Positions 54,001 to 61,293 of a stretch of 61,293 nt of DNA are shown piece by piece. Position numbers and translations under genes: made by a program. Every line of letters starts with the position of its first letter. Within the stretch, counting starts at the first letter, position 1. This DNA comes from Candidatus Falkowbacteria bacterium CG10_big_fil_rev_8_21_14_0_10_39_11 (GTDB lineage: Bacteria > Patescibacteriota > Patescibacteriia > UBA11705). The notes under the pieces are model-generated. The model was not told the DNA's origin. It saw nothing but the letters and a program-made list of their open reading frames with translations, and made no database searches. The DNA is taken from contig PFAP01000031.1 in the NCBI GenBank assembly GCA_002773615.1, positions 1 to 61,293 of the forward strand, given 5' to 3'.

Positions 54001-54630
54001 ACATTCCAAATTAGTAACGTGGCTACCCAAACTGACACAACTGCTGTTTCAGCCAAGGGTGCTACATCACAAACTTATGCTGCTGGTACATCTGCAAATT
54101 ATGCAGGCAACAACCACAAGTTTGTGAAGACAAAACCAACCTTCTCTCTAGAGAGTGGTGTATCTACTGTTTTGTCACCAACTACTACTGAAGTGTTACG
54201 TTTCCGAATTACAGCTGATTCAAACTTCAAACTCCTATTTGATACAACATCAAATATCCGAGTTACCGCTCTTGCCTCAGCTGCTGATGACACTGATAAT
54301 GATGAAACCTGGACTCTATATGAGTACGCTACTAATACGACTCTTGATACAAATACAGGTCTTGATACCAGTGATGGTACTGATACTACTGTTGAATTCA
54401 ACTTTGGTTCAGCCACTTCAACCATCCCTGCTGGTGGTTACAAGGTGTACTATGTTGAAGCCGGTCTTGAGGACTATGAAGATACTGGCGACTCTCTCCG
54501 CTTGAAGATTAACAATGCCGCCGCAGATCTTAGTTTTGATGATGGTTCAGGCAGTGGAACTGCAGACCTTACCAACGCTAGTTTCGCCGGTATTGGATTA
54601 CCTCTAAGTGGTCCAGCTCTAGTGAAATAA
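51007..54630 (+). CDS. Cysteine-free, Thr/Ser/Ala/Gly-rich 1207-aa surface (S-layer-like) protein with repeated beta-sandwich-like modules
   Basis: Signal peptide and no Cys in 1207 aa. The module ending ...Y.EL..D......A......L.F recurs. SD site aaaggaa and a strong terminator. Confidence 0.7.
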   Translation: MNTLKKVFTFSVVLTTILWSMGAAVFVPVASAVTLSAGDLIKASGAAVYYYAADGKRYTFPTQSTYMTWYGDFSGVKTVTDDELAAIELAGNVVARAGTRLVKITTVPKVFAVEPNGMLRHIASESAAATLFGANWASRVIDVPDGFWVNYTDSGLALDGTEYPAGSLVKMASGADVYYVNTDGTWSKFANSGAFTTNGFAWSDIVTAPSTMSFTAGSDIAAYTASLVDTSQGGGAGSAPTSGGNVMFGLSSSNPAGTQIILDSTSTDGSEDMTSVFKFYVTASGGDAVVDSVRLHRKDITSNTDFATLYLYDDAGTLISDAPSYSNNYYTFGTNFTVSSGTTKTLTLKLDLTNGTSANKTLSFSVDSASDVVLVGGGSVSGSFPVSSNKFETAQVSDLGKMTLATASDPGTSIEAGLTDQELWRFTLAAADQKMRLDSLKLTAVGTLESDTFENLYLYDGIDILGTATSLDSAKTVTFDGLNYEITAGQTKTIQFRGDIVKGTNRTFYFQVQNGYDVMSFDTNYSRYVRVNASDTYTIIAASNTTTISTGSLQISKAIDSPSGSIAAGTTNRLLGKWNFRAIGEDIKVSSLIVRTTVGGALDTDNVDNGKILVNGTQLGTTKDLDSDATADGDTTDDDAAADDDTTFTFGNTFIIPAGAIYVVEIYGDVKTGASVDMAADDTILLTLEAGTNNFFRQSTGTTGSSTASGANALTVADASITPTLNSTVSDMSVVQGAQDVIVGSWVLTAGTAEDVEVSSIAFVDGGAQGIGGGFQNLSLVIGGVERGTSANPSSTNGTSTSINLSPRITISAGMTETITLYADVKDTANAGWNDTDPIAVDSVSGLGIDTSSTVSYSTDVPGQAITVVTAGTLTIAAAAAPTNPTSSYIVAGKTNQTVAAWEFSANNVEDLIVHRLQLTENGTDDNPGNVQNLKLYVDGVQVGSTLTSLTDSTANTGVFYSATGLFTVPKNDSMYVELRADGTATANATFLDDGSDLTFQISNVATQTDTTAVSAKGATSQTYAAGTSANYAGNNHKFVKTKPTFSLESGVSTVLSPTTTEVLRFRITADSNFKLLFDTTSNIRVTALASAADDTDNDETWTLYEYATNTTLDTNTGLDTSDGTDTTVEFNFGSATSTIPAGGYKVYYVEAGLEDYEDTGDSLRLKINNAAADLSFDDGSGSGTADLTNASFAGIGLPLSGPALVK

Positions 54631-54662
54631 TTCTTTTCTCAATTACTGAGTTAAGATATAGG

Positions 54663-54696
54663 CAAAGCTCCGCATTACGCGGAGCTTTGTTTTTTA
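54663..54696 (+). terminator. Intrinsic terminator
   Basis: CAAAGCTCCGC-attac-GCGGAGCTTTG followed by TTTTTT. Confidence 0.8.
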
Positions 54697-54799
54697 TTTA
54701 TTTGTTTCTCGTCTCCAGCTTTGATTTTTCCTCAACACCTTGTTTGATAATATAGTTGTCAAGTGATATAATATTTCTATAAAATAAAGAAATTATGCT

Positions 54800-55483
54800 A
54801 TGGGTAAAAAACTGATTTTTATCATTGTTCTGGTCGTGGTTGTTCTTGGCGGCTATTGGGCTTATCAAGATTATTATCTATCGAACAAAATAAAGGATTT
54901 GTCGGAGCTTCCTGGCTGTGATTATTATTTAGATCGGTATCCGGATGCTAGTGAAATCATTAGGGAGGCGTGTGAGTATGAATCAAATCTTAGCGATGAT
55001 GTACCAACTGAAGAGGATCCTGGCCGGGTCACTTATTTGAATGCAGCGTTGACTTGGAAGAGTGCTGCCGATGTCTTGCCATTAGAACAGCGGGAAGAGC
55101 TGAATCGCCGAGCCGTTGATGTTTATCGATATTATGAAAATAAGTTTGATGATCACGCTTACGCTTTACGCTGGAACATAGCTCATCTTTATCAAGATTT
55201 AGGGGAGTATGAATTAGCAGAAGAGTATTATCTCAAGGCTATTGAGTCAAACAATGTTTCGTCCGAGCCATATGTTGCTCTCTATTATTTGTATGAAAAT
55301 GGTGATATAGAAAAATCTGTTGAAGAAGTAGATGCATTTTTTCAAAAAGCTTTTGATTTTGTTTCTGATAACCCAGATATTATATTAGATAGATATCTTG
55401 ATTTTCTAGAAAAAAATGGGCTTGATAGCAGGGCTGCAGAAGTTCGTGCTGAGCTAAGGACTCGCTATCCAAATCGTTATTAA
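54800..55483 (+). CDS. Membrane-anchored TPR-like repeat protein
   Basis: N-terminal TM helix and TPR-like segments (AHLYQDLGEYELAEEYYLKAIE). Confidence 0.6.
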   Translation: MGKKLIFIIVLVVVVLGGYWAYQDYYLSNKIKDLSELPGCDYYLDRYPDASEIIREACEYESNLSDDVPTEEDPGRVTYLNAALTWKSAADVLPLEQREELNRRAVDVYRYYENKFDDHAYALRWNIAHLYQDLGEYELAEEYYLKAIESNNVSSEPYVALYYLYENGDIEKSVEEVDAFFQKAFDFVSDNPDIILDRYLDFLEKNGLDSRAAEVRAELRTRYPNRY

Positions 55484-55502
55484 AAAATATAATTAAACAA
55501 AT

Positions 55503-57083
55503 ATGAAAAAGATAGGATTTATTATTTTAATATTTTCTTTCTTCTTGTTACCTGCCGGTCCAGTCTCAGCTGCGGTTGAGTATTCGGTGAATCCTCTTCT
55601 TAGCTCTGTTACGTATTCGTATCATTTTGATCACCCGGTATTTGACTTTGAATTGTCCGGTATTGACTTTCTTTATGCTTTGACCGTTGAGAATACTGGG
55701 GCTACTGCCAATATTGGAGTTGATAAACTCTGTCTTTATCAGGACGATGGTAATAATGTTTTTGATGGTATGGCCATCGACACCGATTTAGGCTGTGGGA
55801 ATTGGTCAGTCGATGGGCAGTATTGGTATTGGGATGATTTAGCCGTCTTTTTGGGCGACAACCCTCGACTTTTTATTACTGTCGAGACAACGACGTTAAG
55901 TCGAAGTATTCCTCTGCAATTAAGAATTCCGACATATTATGATCAGGCCGATGATGGGCTTTTTGATGCTGGTGTTGATCGAGGACTTTTTGTGCTCGGT
56001 GAGACGGGCCTTCCCCTCAGTGATTTGATGGACACATCGACTCATTATCTCGATTCACGTTCTGGTAGCAATGCGGATTTATTTGGACCAAAAATTGTGG
56101 TCACCAATCTTGATGATGGGGACACTTTACTTGATGGTGCTTATTATACAATCGAAGGACAAGCTCGTGATCAGGGGGGTTCATTGATTAATAGTCTTGA
56201 AGTTTGTATTGATGAAATCTGTCAGATTGGATTTGATTTGCAGGATAATTATTTGCATTGGGAGTATGATTGGGTTTTTGACGGTGATGGCGCTCATGAA
56301 ATTTATGTCAAATCTTTTGATAATGCCGGTAATTTATCCACCACCGATCCGATTACCGTTACCGTGGACAATAGTGCCATATATTCTCGAGAAAATTCTT
56401 CTTATGTCGTATCCAAGTCAGTTGCCGGTTTGAATGAGGTTGTCAGTATTAATTTTGATATTCGTGATGTGAATAATGATCCCAAATCAGACATATTTGT
56501 CGAGGTTAATCCATTCTCAACTGTCGGCGTTCGAATTGATAAGGAGTCTGGTTATTCTGATGAAAATGGAAGTATAGTATTTGAAACTTGGTCTAATGTA
56601 GCTGGAGAAGTCTCATATGATATTTATGTTGACGAGGTATATTTTAGTTCTTTTTACATCAACTATGAGGTTGCGGCCGTTGATTTTCCTGTCTTAGACT
56701 TTGAAACCGGTCGATTTATCAAGTTGGCAGATCAGCCAGCCGTTTATTTCCTTGGCGCTGACAATGTGCGGCACGCTTACCCGACTCAGAAAATCTGGGA
56801 GTCGTATTGGGGTAGTGATTTTTCTCAGGTTGAAGTTGTTACGAATGATGCTATGGCTGGATACAATCTTGGACGAAATGTCACCTTCAAAACAGGCACT
56901 CTCATGAAGATTCCATCAGTGCCCAAAGTTTATCAAGTCCAAAATACAGGCGAGATCAGATGGGTTCCGGATGAGTTGACAGCCAATCTTCTCTTTGGCG
57001 AGGGGTGGGCTTCCTTGGTCAAGGATTTGCCAGAATCATTCTTTACCGATTATGCTGAGAGCACTGTTCTTACTTCAGGTTAA
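55503..57083 (+). CDS. Secreted Ig-like-domain protein sharing a terminal module with the 1207-aa protein
   Basis: Signal peptide and a Big-like segment (ITVTVDN). The C-terminal ...VYFLGADNVRHAYPTQ...KIPSVPKVYQV...GEGWASLVKDLPESFF matches the N-terminus of ORF 51007. Confidence 0.65.
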   Translation: MKKIGFIILIFSFFLLPAGPVSAAVEYSVNPLLSSVTYSYHFDHPVFDFELSGIDFLYALTVENTGATANIGVDKLCLYQDDGNNVFDGMAIDTDLGCGNWSVDGQYWYWDDLAVFLGDNPRLFITVETTTLSRSIPLQLRIPTYYDQADDGLFDAGVDRGLFVLGETGLPLSDLMDTSTHYLDSRSGSNADLFGPKIVVTNLDDGDTLLDGAYYTIEGQARDQGGSLINSLEVCIDEICQIGFDLQDNYLHWEYDWVFDGDGAHEIYVKSFDNAGNLSTTDPITVTVDNSAIYSRENSSYVVSKSVAGLNEVVSINFDIRDVNNDPKSDIFVEVNPFSTVGVRIDKESGYSDENGSIVFETWSNVAGEVSYDIYVDEVYFSSFYINYEVAAVDFPVLDFETGRFIKLADQPAVYFLGADNVRHAYPTQKIWESYWGSDFSQVEVVTNDAMAGYNLGRNVTFKTGTLMKIPSVPKVYQVQNTGEIRWVPDELTANLLFGEGWASLVKDLPESFFTDYAESTVLTSG

Positions 57084-57105
57084 ACTGTAATTTATAATCA
57101 ATAAT

Positions 57106-57648
57106 ATGAAAAAACGTCATTTATTAATATTTACCTTGTTTGCTTCATTGGTTTTAATGGGGGCTTCATGTGAACCACAACCAGCAGTCACGCCAGATGC
57201 CGCCTTATTACCTATTGAGTCTGATACCCCGCCAGCTACTGCACCAGTTTCAAAACCAGCGCCAACTCCGGTTGAATCAGAACCGAGCACACCTCCCGAA
57301 GTGACCGTCCAGGACAGCCCGGCATCCAGTCTTCAAAATTTGAATGTTGTACCAGTTGCCCCTGTTTATGACAGTCCGGCCGCTGACCCCGACTCACTCA
57401 ACTGGGATGATCCTTCTGATGAAGACAGCAATTATGAGGATGTGACTTATTATGAAGACACTATCTATTATGATAACTCAACAGAAGTGTCTGATAGCCC
57501 CGAGTCAAGCCTAGATAGCGTCAATTGGAGCGACTCTACTGAGGTTATAAATTATGAGGACACACTTTACAGCGACACATATTACGATGATCCATCAACA
57601 AATGTTTACGACAGTTCGGAATCTAGTTTGGATGGTATCAACTTTTAG
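57106..57648 (+). CDS. Secreted or lipid-anchored Pro-rich, acidic repeat protein
   Basis: Signal peptide ending LMGASC. Repeats include DSPESSLDSVNWSD and SSESSLDGINF. Confidence 0.6.
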   Translation: MKKRHLLIFTLFASLVLMGASCEPQPAVTPDAALLPIESDTPPATAPVSKPAPTPVESEPSTPPEVTVQDSPASSLQNLNVVPVAPVYDSPAADPDSLNWDDPSDEDSNYEDVTYYEDTIYYDNSTEVSDSPESSLDSVNWSDSTEVINYEDTLYSDTYYDDPSTNVYDSSESSLDGINF

Positions 57649-57945
57649 TTGAAGCATCTTGAAAACATTTTGCTCGCTATTGGTTGAATCAATTGTTTTC
57701 CACATCAAACACAATTTCAAATAATCAAAAATGCCCTTGACAAAAGGGTGTTTTTTTTTGTTGCTCTGGTTCGACAAAAACCGGTCGTCATGATGACTAA
57801 TTCTTGTCACAATGTTAATAGACTAGACCACAAGAATTAATTTAAAAAATCTTACAAATACTTCGGCCGTTACATATCTGCAAATAATTTTTAGTCAAAA
57901 TTTGTTAAAAGGATATGTTCTGATTCGTAGTTTTGTAACTTTAGT

Positions 57946-58590
57946 ATGTCAACTAAAACAAAAGAAAAAACAGTCAATGAAACAATGGTGAAAAAATACA
58001 AAACACCTTTTCGTCAGGCTGGCGGTACTTATTTTTATTCAACAGCAATCAGTGGCAAGAAGAATATTTTTGTCTGTGAGGATTACATGGATTTATTGGT
58101 CAATGCTTTCAAGGTGGCTGAAATCCAGCATGATGTCAAGAGTTTAGCCTACGTCATTATGCCGAATCATTTTTATTGGATTTTTCGGTTGAGTGAAAAA
58201 CAAGATAATCCCAGTCAGGTTTATGGCACGGTAAAAAAAGAGGTTACATTGGAAATTTTAAAACTTTTAAGTGAAGAAGCCAAGGACGACAAGAATAAAA
58301 AGGGTCAATTGGATATTTTTCAAAAAAATCAAGCGGTCAAAAGATCTGATCCTCGAAAGATATTGTGGGATTTCAAGCAGATGGCCAAAGCTCTAGATGA
58401 TGGCAGAAAATATGTGGTTTGGGAGAAAAAAGGCAAGGTATTTCCCATTAATGATGAAAAGTCATTGATTAGAAATCTTCGGTTTGTCGCCGATGCTCCA
58501 ATCCGAGATCGATGGAATTTGGTTGAAAAGTCTCTGGACTATCCATACTTGTATGTAGCTGATGAGTTTATCTCAAAATTAGCGGTCTAG
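57946..58590 (+). CDS. Degenerate RAYT/IS200-like Y1 transposase homolog (HUH and catalytic Tyr motifs lost)
   Basis: It aligns with ORF 60606 (YVIMPNH..., RWNLV). It has NHFYW instead of NHIHL, and LRFVADAP instead of LNYIHNNP. Confidence 0.6.
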   Translation: MSTKTKEKTVNETMVKKYKTPFRQAGGTYFYSTAISGKKNIFVCEDYMDLLVNAFKVAEIQHDVKSLAYVIMPNHFYWIFRLSEKQDNPSQVYGTVKKEVTLEILKLLSEEAKDDKNKKGQLDIFQKNQAVKRSDPRKILWDFKQMAKALDDGRKYVVWEKKGKVFPINDEKSLIRNLRFVADAPIRDRWNLVEKSLDYPYLYVADEFISKLAV

Positions 58591-58607
58591 TTGATTAAAT
58601 ATTAACC

Positions 58608-58638
58608 CGCGGGTCGATAGTTTAGCTGTCGACCCGCG
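58608..58638. repeat. GC-rich 10-bp-stem hairpin downstream of the degenerate RAYT gene
   Basis: CGCGGGTCGA-11 nt-TCGACCCGCG. Confidence 0.6.
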
Positions 58639-58653
58639 TAAGAAAGGTTTTGT

Positions 58654-60585
58654 ATGAAAAATAAATTATATATTGTAATAATTATTATCAGTTTGATGAT
58701 TGTTGCCTCTCCGGTCCAAGCTGAAGAGTTGAACTTGGAAAATATTCCGGCGAGTTGTACTTGCACCTGCAATCTTAATTTGGATTATGACTTCTCTTCT
58801 TCCGGATCGGTTGACACAGTTCAAGCTGAGGACGAAGTATTAGACAATATGTCTTCTGCTCTGCCCGGCGATATCATTATTTCCGAATTTGTTTCCGATC
58901 CGGTTTCAAATGAATCCGAGTGGATTGAGTTGATGAATACGACTACTCATGATTTAGATTTGACCGATTGGTACTTGGAGGAGGGGGCTGGTTATCGCAC
59001 GTTTTTGCGTGATGTTATTACTGCCAAGGGCTATTTGGTTGTAGACAAAAGTAGTCTCAACAATAATGGCGATATTATTATGCTAAAAGACGATCAAGGA
59101 GTTATTATGGATCAAGTTGCTTATGGTGATTATGATGATGGCACTATTATTGATAATGCGCCCAGTGTCTCTGATCCAAATTCAGTAATTTGGCACGAAC
59201 AGAAATATTATTTGACCACCGTACCTACACCCGGTGAAGCAAATGTATTGGTTCCAATCAAAGTTGAGGTTGTTGATGAGCCTGAACCTGAGTTGGATCC
59301 CATTGAATCTGGCGGTGATGATCAAGCTATAATTCCAGAGGAAGAAAATGATGATGCCGGCTTTCAATTGAACACTACTCAGTACCAATTATCATCAAAC
59401 GTGAGAATTAACGAAATTTTCCCCAATCCTGAGGGGGCTGATTCTGATTATGAATGGATTGAATTGTATAATTTTGGTGGATCTTCATTGGATTTATACG
59501 GTTGGGTCATTGATGATATTGATGGTGGCAGTCAACCATTTATTGTTGAAGAGAGTACCGTAGTGCTTGGCGGTGATTATATTGTCTTTGGTAAAGAGAT
59601 GACGGGATTATCTTTAAATAATGGCGCTGACAGCGTTAGATTGATTGATCCCGAAGGTAGATTGATTGATAATATAAACTATGGCAATGCTCCTGAGGGC
59701 AAAAGTTTTAATTATTTTGAGTCTGGATGGCAGTGGACAGATCAGATTAGTCTCAGTCGTGAAAATGTCGTTGAAGAGGATAGTTTTCAGGTTTCAGGCC
59801 TTGTTGCAACGGCAGAAAAAGATATCAATGATGACGGTGGCAAATATTCATTAGTTAATATTTTTGATGTAAAGAACAGTGCAAAGGGCGATCTGGTGGA
59901 GGTTGAAGGAACTTTAGTTGTTTTGCCGGGTGTCTTTGGTGAGAAGGTCGCTTATTTGGATGGCATTCAAATTTACAGCTCAAAGTCAGAGTGGCCAGAA
60001 CTATTATTCGGGGATCGATTATCAGTCCGTGGTAAAGTTTCAGAGTATTTCGGTGAAAAGAGAATTTTGGTATCTTCAGTTGACGATCTGAATGTGATTG
60101 ATAATACAACCCTGGAGCCACTTACTTTGAATTCCGAAGAATTAAAATCAGGAAACATTGGTCGTTACATCCAATTTCAAGGTCAAGTCGTCGACAAGTC
60201 TGGTACCAAGTTGACTTTGGTTGATGATTTCGGTGAGGTGGTCATGGTCTTGAAAGCCAATACTGGCATCTCCAGCAAGAAACTAGAAGTTGGTGATAAT
60301 ATTTCAGTCAAAGGGATTTTGAGCCAGTACAAAGAAGAGGTTCGGATACTACCAAGGACACTTGATGATATTATTATTAATGAACTTGAGCAAAGACAGG
60401 CGGCTGGTGTTTTGGCTGGCAGTCAGAACGTCCCCCCCAGTTCAACGGATAATGCAATTCTGATTATTCTTTCTGTTGTATCGGTATTATTGTTATTGCT
60501 TGTCTGGCAACGCAAACTAATGCTTGGGTATATCAAAAGAGTATTATTGCTCTTCAAGTCAAGGGCCAATCAGCCAATAATTTGA
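58654..60585 (+). CDS. Secreted, C-terminally anchored protein with two lamin-tail domains and OB-fold-like segments
   Basis: Signal peptide. LTD signatures IIISEFVSDPVSNESEWIELMN..DLDLTDWYL and VRINEIFPNPEGADSDYEWIELYN..LDLYGWVIDD. C-terminal TM helix. Confidence 0.75.
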   Translation: MKNKLYIVIIIISLMIVASPVQAEELNLENIPASCTCTCNLNLDYDFSSSGSVDTVQAEDEVLDNMSSALPGDIIISEFVSDPVSNESEWIELMNTTTHDLDLTDWYLEEGAGYRTFLRDVITAKGYLVVDKSSLNNNGDIIMLKDDQGVIMDQVAYGDYDDGTIIDNAPSVSDPNSVIWHEQKYYLTTVPTPGEANVLVPIKVEVVDEPEPELDPIESGGDDQAIIPEEENDDAGFQLNTTQYQLSSNVRINEIFPNPEGADSDYEWIELYNFGGSSLDLYGWVIDDIDGGSQPFIVEESTVVLGGDYIVFGKEMTGLSLNNGADSVRLIDPEGRLIDNINYGNAPEGKSFNYFESGWQWTDQISLSRENVVEEDSFQVSGLVATAEKDINDDGGKYSLVNIFDVKNSAKGDLVEVEGTLVVLPGVFGEKVAYLDGIQIYSSKSEWPELLFGDRLSVRGKVSEYFGEKRILVSSVDDLNVIDNTTLEPLTLNSEELKSGNIGRYIQFQGQVVDKSGTKLTLVDDFGEVVMVLKANTGISSKKLEVGDNISVKGILSQYKEEVRILPRTLDDIIINELEQRQAAGVLAGSQNVPPSSTDNAILIILSVVSVLLLLLVWQRKLMLGYIKRVLLLFKSRANQPII

Positions 60586-60605
60586 CCAAAAGGCACTGAA
60601 ATAAT

Positions 60606-61157
60606 ATGGCAGTTCGTTATAAAATACCATTTGTCCCAAACAATATTTACTTTATTACATTTACAATACTTGGTTGGAAAAGTGTATTTGTTTCTGACCA
60701 ATCGTTCAGCTTAGTTTACAAGTGGTTCGATTATATGAAGTATAATTATGCAAATAAAGTCTACGGATATGTTATTATGCCGAACCATATACATCTGTTG
60801 CTCTATATCTCTGATAAATCTCCAGCAATTTCGAAGCTAATACAAAATGCTAAAAGATTTTTTGCATATCAGTTAATACCGTATCTTAAAACTGACAATC
60901 AAGGTGAGTTGATTAGATATTTCTCCAGTCAAGCCAAAGAGAATAATGGAGCTAAACATAAAGTTTTTGAAGATAGATATGATTCTAAAATAGTTGTCAG
61001 TAAATATTTTTTTCTTGAGAAGTTGAATTATATTCATAATAACCCACTACAAAAACGGTGGAATTTAGTTAAGGATCCAGAAGATTATAAGTATTCAAGT
61101 GCAGCAAACTATATTCTCGGAAAAGGTTTTTATGATATAGCTATAATGCTATTTTAG
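60606..61157 (+). mobile_element. REP-associated tyrosine transposase (RAYT) / IS200-like Y1 HUH transposase gene, motifs intact
   Basis: HUH motif YVIMPNHIHLLL, catalytic Tyr context LNYIHNNP, and a C-terminal YKYSSA. Confidence 0.75.
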
Positions 61158-61158
61158 T

Positions 61159-61293
61159 TTTGTCTAGCCGATAAGAGTCCCTTTCAGGAGACTCTTATGA
61201 GCTGGGAGTTGAAAGGTCTTTTTAGCAGCGTCTCCATTCGGGACTCTGCTAAAGGTCAAATCTTTGTCTAGCCGATAAGAGTCCCTTTCAGGA
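61159..61293. repeat. Direct repeat (104-nt period, second copy cut by the window end) of hairpin-bearing REP-like units
   Basis: TTTGTCTAGCCGATAAGAGTCCCTTTCAGGA occurs at 61159 and 61263. Hairpins: ATAAGAGTC-10 nt-GACTCTTAT and TTTAGCAG-18 nt-CTGCTAAA. Confidence 0.75.

Noticed and set aside
61159-61293. Is the direct repeat at the window end a CRISPR array?
   Set aside because: Only two copies are visible and the period is 104 nt, far longer than repeat plus spacer in CRISPR. The spacer part itself contains a second hairpin of the REP-like family. The array abuts a RAYT-like gene, and no cas genes are in the window.
1-61293. Does the organism use an alternative genetic code (UGA recoding) as in some candidate phyla?
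   Set aside because: Long housekeeping ORFs (pheT, dnaX, rpsB, tsf) are uninterrupted under the standard bacterial code. TGA terminates several well-delimited genes that are followed by terminators.

Overview
This is a 61.3 kb, mostly plus-strand, AT-rich bacterial window. It has short intergenic spacers, E. coli-like TTGACA-17-TATAAT promoters and standard stop codon usage. The gene content suggests a reduced-genome Patescibacteria/CPR-type organism, but that is inference only: DUF5667-type anti-sigma, lamin-tail-domain proteins, many secreted repeat proteins, sparse metabolism. The housekeeping backbone is trmB, rpsB-tsf-PSP1(RicT-like)-pheS ... pheT, dnaX, tRNA-Gln(CUG), greA, an LCP ligase, a TrmH methyltransferase, a Fur-family regulator and an ECF sigma factor. 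Several accessory or unusual elements are embedded in it. (1) A 1048-aa Pnkp-like kinase-phosphatase-RNA ligase fusion converges on a GC-rich cREC-like gene. (2) A strongly GC-rich gene for a secreted protein with about 41 Cys sits behind a perfect host-type promoter and is bracketed by GC-rich hairpin repeats. (3) pheS and pheT are split by a lipoprotein gene plus two tandem paralogs with PD-(D/E)xK nuclease motifs. (4) Heptad-phased TTAC arrays form G-depleted leaders without a Shine-Dalgarno (SD) site in front of pheT, dnaX and a small gene. (5) An intact and a degenerate RAYT-like Y1 (HUH) transposase gene flank a lamin-tail-domain gene, and REP-like hairpins are dispersed through the window. 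(6) The tRNA-Gln 3' end is duplicated around a 137-nt hairpin element. (7) An ECF sigma / anti-sigma module lies next to a cysteine-free 1207-aa S-layer-like protein. All functional calls rest on motif recognition by eye; no database search was run.
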